64,000 bases of DNA. Source: Candidatus Woesearchaeota archaeon (GTDB taxonomy: Archaea > Nanobdellota > Nanobdellia > Woesearchaeales > WAPY01). The notes under the pieces are model-generated. The model had not been told where the DNA came from, made no database searches, and saw only the letters and a program-made list of their open reading frames with translations. Where the stretch lies: assembly GCA_049700835.1 (NCBI GenBank), contig JBNAUL010000002.1, forward strand, positions 62,001 through 126,000. The letters run 5' to 3'. The position numbers and the translations under genes are program-made. Of this stretch, positions 59,409 to 64,000 are shown piece after piece (positions within the stretch are counted from its first letter, which is position 1; each line of letters starts with the position of its first letter).

Positions 59409-59933
59409 TTATTCTATTTTCAAAAAACTCTTCTTTCTTAAAAATATTATGTTGCAGCCAACATTACTTAACCTCTTCTTCAATTCACTGTCCTGAGTTG
59501 CAACATAAATCCTTTTTTTATTTTTTGCTCTTAAAACAAATTCAAAAATCAGGTCGTCAACGCTTTTATGAACGCCTGCTAATGGGATTTTATGAGTATT
59601 TAAAAAGTTTTTTGTTTTTAGCTCTGTTTTCAAAACTTTTATTCTGTTCCTTTTGAGCATTTCCATTGCAACCCTAGCATGCATCTTTTCCCTTCCCTTA
59701 CCCTTTCTTATAATGTTTTCAAGTTCTCCGATGCTCTTGTCCAAAACAAAAACCTTGTAATTTTCAAGCATAATTCTTTTTAATTCTGAGAAAACATCAA
59801 CCCTTAACTCTGCTGGTATGAGCAGGAAGTTTGTGTCTAACAAAACAATTGCAAAATCGTCTTTGCTCTTATTGCTATCGCTGCTTTTATTGCTTTCTTT
59901 ATGCTCTTTGCATTTATTGTTGTTTTTTTTCAT
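59409..59933 (-). CDS. PIN-domain protein (Fcf1/Utp24-like)
   Basis: LLDTNFL, ELE, VDDLI, VATQD.ELK; conserved position upstream of rpoE1. Confidence 0.88.
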   Translation of the reverse strand: MKKNNNKCKEHKESNKSSDSNKSKDDFAIVLLDTNFLLIPAELRVDVFSELKRIMLENYKVFVLDKSIGELENIIRKGKGREKMHARVAMEMLKRNRIKVLKTELKTKNFLNTHKIPLAGVHKSVDDLIFEFVLRAKNKKRIYVATQDSELKKRLSNVGCNIIFLRKKSFLKIE

Positions 59934-59941
59934 TTTTTATT

Positions 59942-60754
59942 TTAATTTAATTTTTGATAATTCTGATTAAACTTATAGCCCAATCCTTCAAAAACAGATT
60001 TTATTTTTAAGGCATCCCTCCAAGTGGAAGGGCTCTCGCATATTATTGTTATTCCAATGTTCCTCTTCAAAATTTCCTTTGCCAAAGGCAAAATTTCATC
60101 CTCGCTCAAATCTCTGTGATGCTTTTCTCCTTTATCTCCAAAAACTATTCCTGAGAAATGCGAATGGATTTTCTTGATGCCTGCTCTTTCAATTTTGTCA
60201 AATAGCTCTTTATAATTAATGCTCTTATTCCTCGCGAGAATATGGGCAAAATCAATGCAAATGCCGCACTTTGTTTCCTTTCTTAATCTCAAAAGTTCTT
60301 CCAATGTTCCAAATTCAGACTTTTTTCCAGTTGTTTCAGGGCAGAGTTCAACATTCCACGAATTTTTTTCAATTTTCTCTTGCATGGCAAAAACAGCTTC
60401 CTTTACAATGTCGTATGTTTTTTCTTCGCTATTCTTTCCATAGTAAGCAGCGTGAAAAACAATGCTCTTGGCTCCCATATAATTACCTAATTCGCAACTC
60501 TTTAGTATTCTCTGTACTGAGGCATTTTTCTTAGCACTATCTTCAGAAGCCAAATTTATGAAGTAAGGAGCATGCACGCTTAGCACAACATTATAATTTT
60601 TGTTTTCATTGAAAATTTCCTTTGCCAAATAATCGCTCATCTTTATCCCGTGAGTGAACTCAACTTCCATTGCCTGCAATCCAAGTTTCCTTATCTCTGA
60701 GATTCCCTCAATGGTCGATTTCAATGGAGAACCTGCTGGTCCTAAAAGAATCAT
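59942..60754 (-). CDS. nfo: Endonuclease IV-like AP endonuclease (TIM barrel)
   Basis: SVHAPYFINL, VFH, ETTGKKSEFG, CIDFAH, HSHFSG, ICESP. Confidence 0.88.
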   Translation of the reverse strand: MILLGPAGSPLKSTIEGISEIRKLGLQAMEVEFTHGIKMSDYLAKEIFNENKNYNVVLSVHAPYFINLASEDSAKKNASVQRILKSCELGNYMGAKSIVFHAAYYGKNSEEKTYDIVKEAVFAMQEKIEKNSWNVELCPETTGKKSEFGTLEELLRLRKETKCGICIDFAHILARNKSINYKELFDKIERAGIKKIHSHFSGIVFGDKGEKHHRDLSEDEILPLAKEILKRNIGITIICESPSTWRDALKIKSVFEGLGYKFNQNYQKLN

Positions 60755-61929
60755 TTTCTAAACCTCTCATCATTTTGGTGCATAGGAAATGTTTTTATCA
60801 TAAAAGTTGAAATAATAATTGAATAAACAAAGAAAAGGAACAAGAACCCAAAGAACTCTTCTGGTAATATGTTATAAGCAGAGAATGTTATTGTAACAGC
60901 AACAAAAGAAATCCCCTTGGGAGTTGCCAATGACGCGAAAATCCTGTCCCTTAATGGATAGTGGCTTAGAGAGATTGTAACAGACATAAACCTCAAAATT
61001 ATGGACACTACATAAATGAGCAAAGACGTTATTATTAAATTAGTTTTGTTTGGAAATGTTGCAAGATAGCCAAATAAGAGAAAAACTATTATTTCTATAG
61101 AACCTGAAATCAAAGATGAAAACTCCTGAAGAACAGGTTTTTTCTTTACATGAATGTTGCCAAAGAAAATTCCAAGAACAACAACAGCAAGGACCCCGCT
61201 GCCCTTTAGCTGCTCTGCAAGAACATATGTTGTTAGAACTCCAACAACAAGCGCTATTGGAGAGATGTTTTCAGAATAGTATTTTCTCATGAACTTGAAA
61301 ATAATTATGCCTACAAATATTCCAGATCCAATTCCAATTATCAACTGCTGAACAAAAGGAACAGAGTATTCCAAAATATTGAAAATGTCAGCTTCGCGTG
61401 ATGATAAATTCTTGAAAAAATCATAAAACATAAAAGGCATGATAACAGTGAAAGGAGTGTTTAGTATTGATTCTGTCTTGAGAAGTTCTGAAACTCTCAA
61501 ATGGTCCTTCCTTATGAATATACTCAGCACTTCAAATGCAGTAGCGGTTATCATTGAAGAGAATATCAATGCAAACATTAATTGAAATTTTAATAAAATT
61601 ATGAGAATAGGAGTTATAACGCTGAGGCACAAAACAAGGAATATCAAAAAAACTTTTAATCCCAACATTGAGAATGTGTCAAATTCCTTGAACTTAAACC
61701 TTGAAGCTCCGTCGAATGTTATCAATGCAAGAGCAACAATGCTTGTTATCAGTATAAAGATTTTTGGTATTTCAAGAATTCCAAAGCGCATGATTATCAA
61801 TCTTGAAATTATTCCAGCAAGTACTAGAAGCATGATATTAGGAATTCTAAACCTATTTGAAAGCATGGTTGCAAGAATCCCAACAAGAAACATGAAAACG
61901 ATTTTAGTAAGGTATGTTATTGCTTCCAT
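60751..61929 (-). CDS. Cation:proton antiporter (CPA1/NhaP-like) with degenerate ion site
   Basis: About 12 TM helices; FDGA, ESILN, AEQL.GSGVLAV, PKG; ATGA overlap with nfo. Confidence 0.82.
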   Translation of the reverse strand: MEAITYLTKIVFMFLVGILATMLSNRFRIPNIMLLVLAGIISRLIIMRFGILEIPKIFILITSIVALALITFDGASRFKFKEFDTFSMLGLKVFLIFLVLCLSVITPILIILLKFQLMFALIFSSMITATAFEVLSIFIRKDHLRVSELLKTESILNTPFTVIMPFMFYDFFKNLSSREADIFNILEYSVPFVQQLIIGIGSGIFVGIIIFKFMRKYYSENISPIALVVGVLTTYVLAEQLKGSGVLAVVVLGIFFGNIHVKKKPVLQEFSSLISGSIEIIVFLLFGYLATFPNKTNLIITSLLIYVVSIILRFMSVTISLSHYPLRDRIFASLATPKGISFVAVTITFSAYNILPEEFFGFLFLFFVYSIIISTFMIKTFPMHQNDERFRK

Positions 61930-61993
61930 AAAACAGCCTCTCAACTCTAAGGACAGATATCTTTAAACTGAATTGTTTGGCATTTCTTCTTGA

Positions 61994-62749
61994 TTAAAAT
62001 TGGTATTTTATTACTTCTAAACCATTGTTTCCAAAAACTAGGGTGTGAAATCCTGGCTGAACATTTGTGTTTCTCATCTTTTTTATTTCAAGTATTCTCT
62101 GAATGGTTCTGCCCATGTTTATATCCTTGAGCCTCAAAACGCCGTCACAAACAAATTCTGAAACAGTGTCCCTTGTCAGATAAGCGCCCTGTTCTGCTGA
62201 ATCAGCGATGTATAGGGTTGTTGCTCCTATTTCATTAATCTTGTTTATGAAAACATAGATAAACTGCTTTATCTCTTGGTCATAGCCCAAAGAGCTTGGT
62301 TTTAACTCTGCTTTTGAAAACAGCACATCCTTGTCGTAACCTGCCTTTAAACTTATCTTGTACATTGGAGCGTTTATTGAAAGTATGGAAAGAGAATCAA
62401 TTACTATTCTCTTTGCTCCTACTTCCTTTGCTGTTTTTTCTATTAAAGCAATTATGTCCATATCAGTTATATCAACAGGTATCTTTAGAAAAATAATTTT
62501 TTTCTTCTTTTCCAAATCCTCAAAGTCCTTGAAAAAAGCCCTTGCCTGCTCTCTCAATTTTGCAGGTTTTTCCTCAATGCTGACATAAATCCCTGGCTCG
62601 TTGTTCTTTGCTCCTGTGTAAATGTACTGCAATGCAAAAACAGTTTTTCCAGCTCCAGGGCCACCGCAAATGAGAATAGAAGAACCAATTGGAAAGCCAC
62701 CTTCAAGTAACTCGTCCAAACCCTTTATTCCTGTCTTAGCCCTTTCCAA
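61994..62749 (-). CDS. Single-domain KaiC/RecA-superfamily ATPase
   Basis: TGIKGLDELLEGGFP, GGPGAGKT, IEE, IVIDS, CDGV, KMRNT; TTG start with SD GAGGTG. Confidence 0.92.
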   Translation of the reverse strand: MERAKTGIKGLDELLEGGFPIGSSILICGGPGAGKTVFALQYIYTGAKNNEPGIYVSIEEKPAKLREQARAFFKDFEDLEKKKKIIFLKIPVDITDMDIIALIEKTAKEVGAKRIVIDSLSILSINAPMYKISLKAGYDKDVLFSKAELKPSSLGYDQEIKQFIYVFINKINEIGATTLYIADSAEQGAYLTRDTVSEFVCDGVLRLKDINMGRTIQRILEIKKMRNTNVQPGFHTLVFGNNGLEVIKYQF

Positions 62750-62905
62750 TTTGACACCTCTTTTTTATGAACAATAAAAACATATAAATAAAAAGCTTTT
62801 TATAAATATTTTGGTTTGATGCATTTAAAAGGATTTAATACTAAAAAGCTATTAAGTATTTATAAATTTTATAAATTTTTATAAAGATTGCAAAATGCTA
62901 AGAAA

Positions 62906-63478
62906 ATGTCAAGAATAACTATAAAAAACAAGGTTTGTAATGCTAATAAAAAGGTTGTTTCAAAGAACTACTATGACTGCATTTCAAATGGTTATGAGGA
63001 ACTTTACAAACAAGAACAAATAAAGAAATTGTTGATAGTAAAAGGTCTTCTAAATTTAAAAAAAGAAGATTCTCTCTTAGATGTTGGATCTGGGATTGGA
63101 CTTTCAGCAGAGATTTTTGATTGCAAAATAACAATGCTTGACAACAGCAGAGAACTCCTCAGGGTAGCAGAATCTAAAATCCTAGATAAGAGCAGAATTG
63201 ATTTGGTTCTTGGAAAAGCTGAAAAAATGCCTTTTAATAATGAAAAGTTTGACGCTGCAATCTGCATTACAGCAATGCATAATTTTTCAAGTCCTTCCAA
63301 AGCATTGAGGGAAATCAGAAGGGTAACTAAAAAGAAGAAAGGTAACATAGTAATATCTGTTTTAAAAAAGAGCAAAAAGAGAGAGAAAATAATAAAACTT
63401 TTTGAGCGCTGTTTTAAAATAAAGAAGATTGTTGATGAAATTAATGATTTGATATTCTGCCTTGAGCGCAAGGAATAA
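62906..63478 (+). CDS. Class I SAM-dependent methyltransferase
   Basis: LLDVGSGIG, LD.S..LL, AEKMPF...FD, LREIRRV; start uncertain (62888 or 62906). Confidence 0.88.
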   Translation: MSRITIKNKVCNANKKVVSKNYYDCISNGYEELYKQEQIKKLLIVKGLLNLKKEDSLLDVGSGIGLSAEIFDCKITMLDNSRELLRVAESKILDKSRIDLVLGKAEKMPFNNEKFDAAICITAMHNFSSPSKALREIRRVTKKKKGNIVISVLKKSKKREKIIKLFERCFKIKKIVDEINDLIFCLERKE

Positions 63479-63648
63479 ATTTTTAATTAAACGCATTAAT
63501 ATAAAAATTATATAAAAATTAAAATACCTAATAAAAAATAATAAGAAAAAATAAATAGGAAAAATGAAAAAGATTAAATATTAGAAATAAATTAATAATA
63601 TCAAAGCACAAGAACATTTGATATTAAAATCAATATGCAAACAAGCGC

Positions 63649-64000
63649 ATGAAAAGAAATAAGCAAGAATGGGAATTTGAAACAAAGAGAACGAACGTGC
63701 TTAAGGATTTTGCAATATTCTTAATAACAATTATAAAGAGTTTGAATCCTGATTCCTATCAAAGGTTTGAGAGCAGAAAATTGAGCGAGTGTTACTTATA
63801 TCTATTGAAGCTTGTAATATTCTGCGTTTTGGTATCATTTGTTTTTTTGATTCCGCAGGCATTCTCAAGAATGTCAGAAATTCAGAACACTCTCTCAAAA
63901 ATAGAAGCATTGAAGTTTAACCCTGAGATAACAACCAATGAAACAATAGATTTTGGGCTTGGAATAGTTATAAACAGGAATGCAAAAAACATAACAAATG
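63649..64000 (+). CDS. Membrane protein, 3'-partial (possibly DUF1189-like); absent from the ORF track
   Basis: Open to the window end: MKRNKQEW...KSLNPDSYQRF...YLLKLVIFCVLVSFVFLIP... Confidence 0.65.
   Translation, partial: MKRNKQEWEFETKRTNVLKDFAIFLITIIKSLNPDSYQRFESRKLSECYLYLLKLVIFCVLVSFVFLIPQAFSRMSEIQNTLSKIEALKFNPEITTNETIDFGLGIVINRNAKNITN

Noticed and set aside
61994..62749. Circadian clock KaiC
   Set aside because: Single ATPase domain and no kaiA/kaiB; such proteins are common archaeal signalling ATPases.

Overview
This is an AT-rich, gene-dense 64 kb segment of an archaeal chromosome. Gene content and style point to a DPANN (Woesearchaeota-like) genome, but that taxon is my inference. 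Archaeal housekeeping clusters: dnaG; rnp2-psmA-SBDS-rrp4-rrp41-rrp42-rpoK; sec11-tfs-histone; topA; gltX; rpl1-rpl10-rpl12; PIN-rpoE1-spt4-rps24e-rps27ae; tRNA-Gln(CTG) and tRNA-Ala(GGC). Mixed in are bacterial-type genes (gap, pgk, queA, queH), transporters, surface or secreted proteins and orphan ORFs. I saw no CRISPR array, integrase, transposase or rRNA. Most notable: (1) the late queuosine enzymes QueA and QueH in an archaeon, clustered with ybaK, cutA and a Nudix gene; (2) a membrane-anchored GH73/lysozyme-like putative peptidoglycan hydrolase; (3) a shared N-terminal S-[LV]-[DE]-x-x-[ILV] motif in four accessory proteins; (4) a circularly permuted L1-binding hairpin hiding the rpl1 ribosome-binding site; (5) several proteins with altered catalytic motifs (TtuA-like paralog, RHH-nucleotidyltransferase fusion, P-type ATPase, CPA antiporter); (6) three different small chromatin-type proteins; (7) recurrent 9-16 bp tandem duplications at gene 3' ends. 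All family assignments come from reading motifs by eye; no database search was run.
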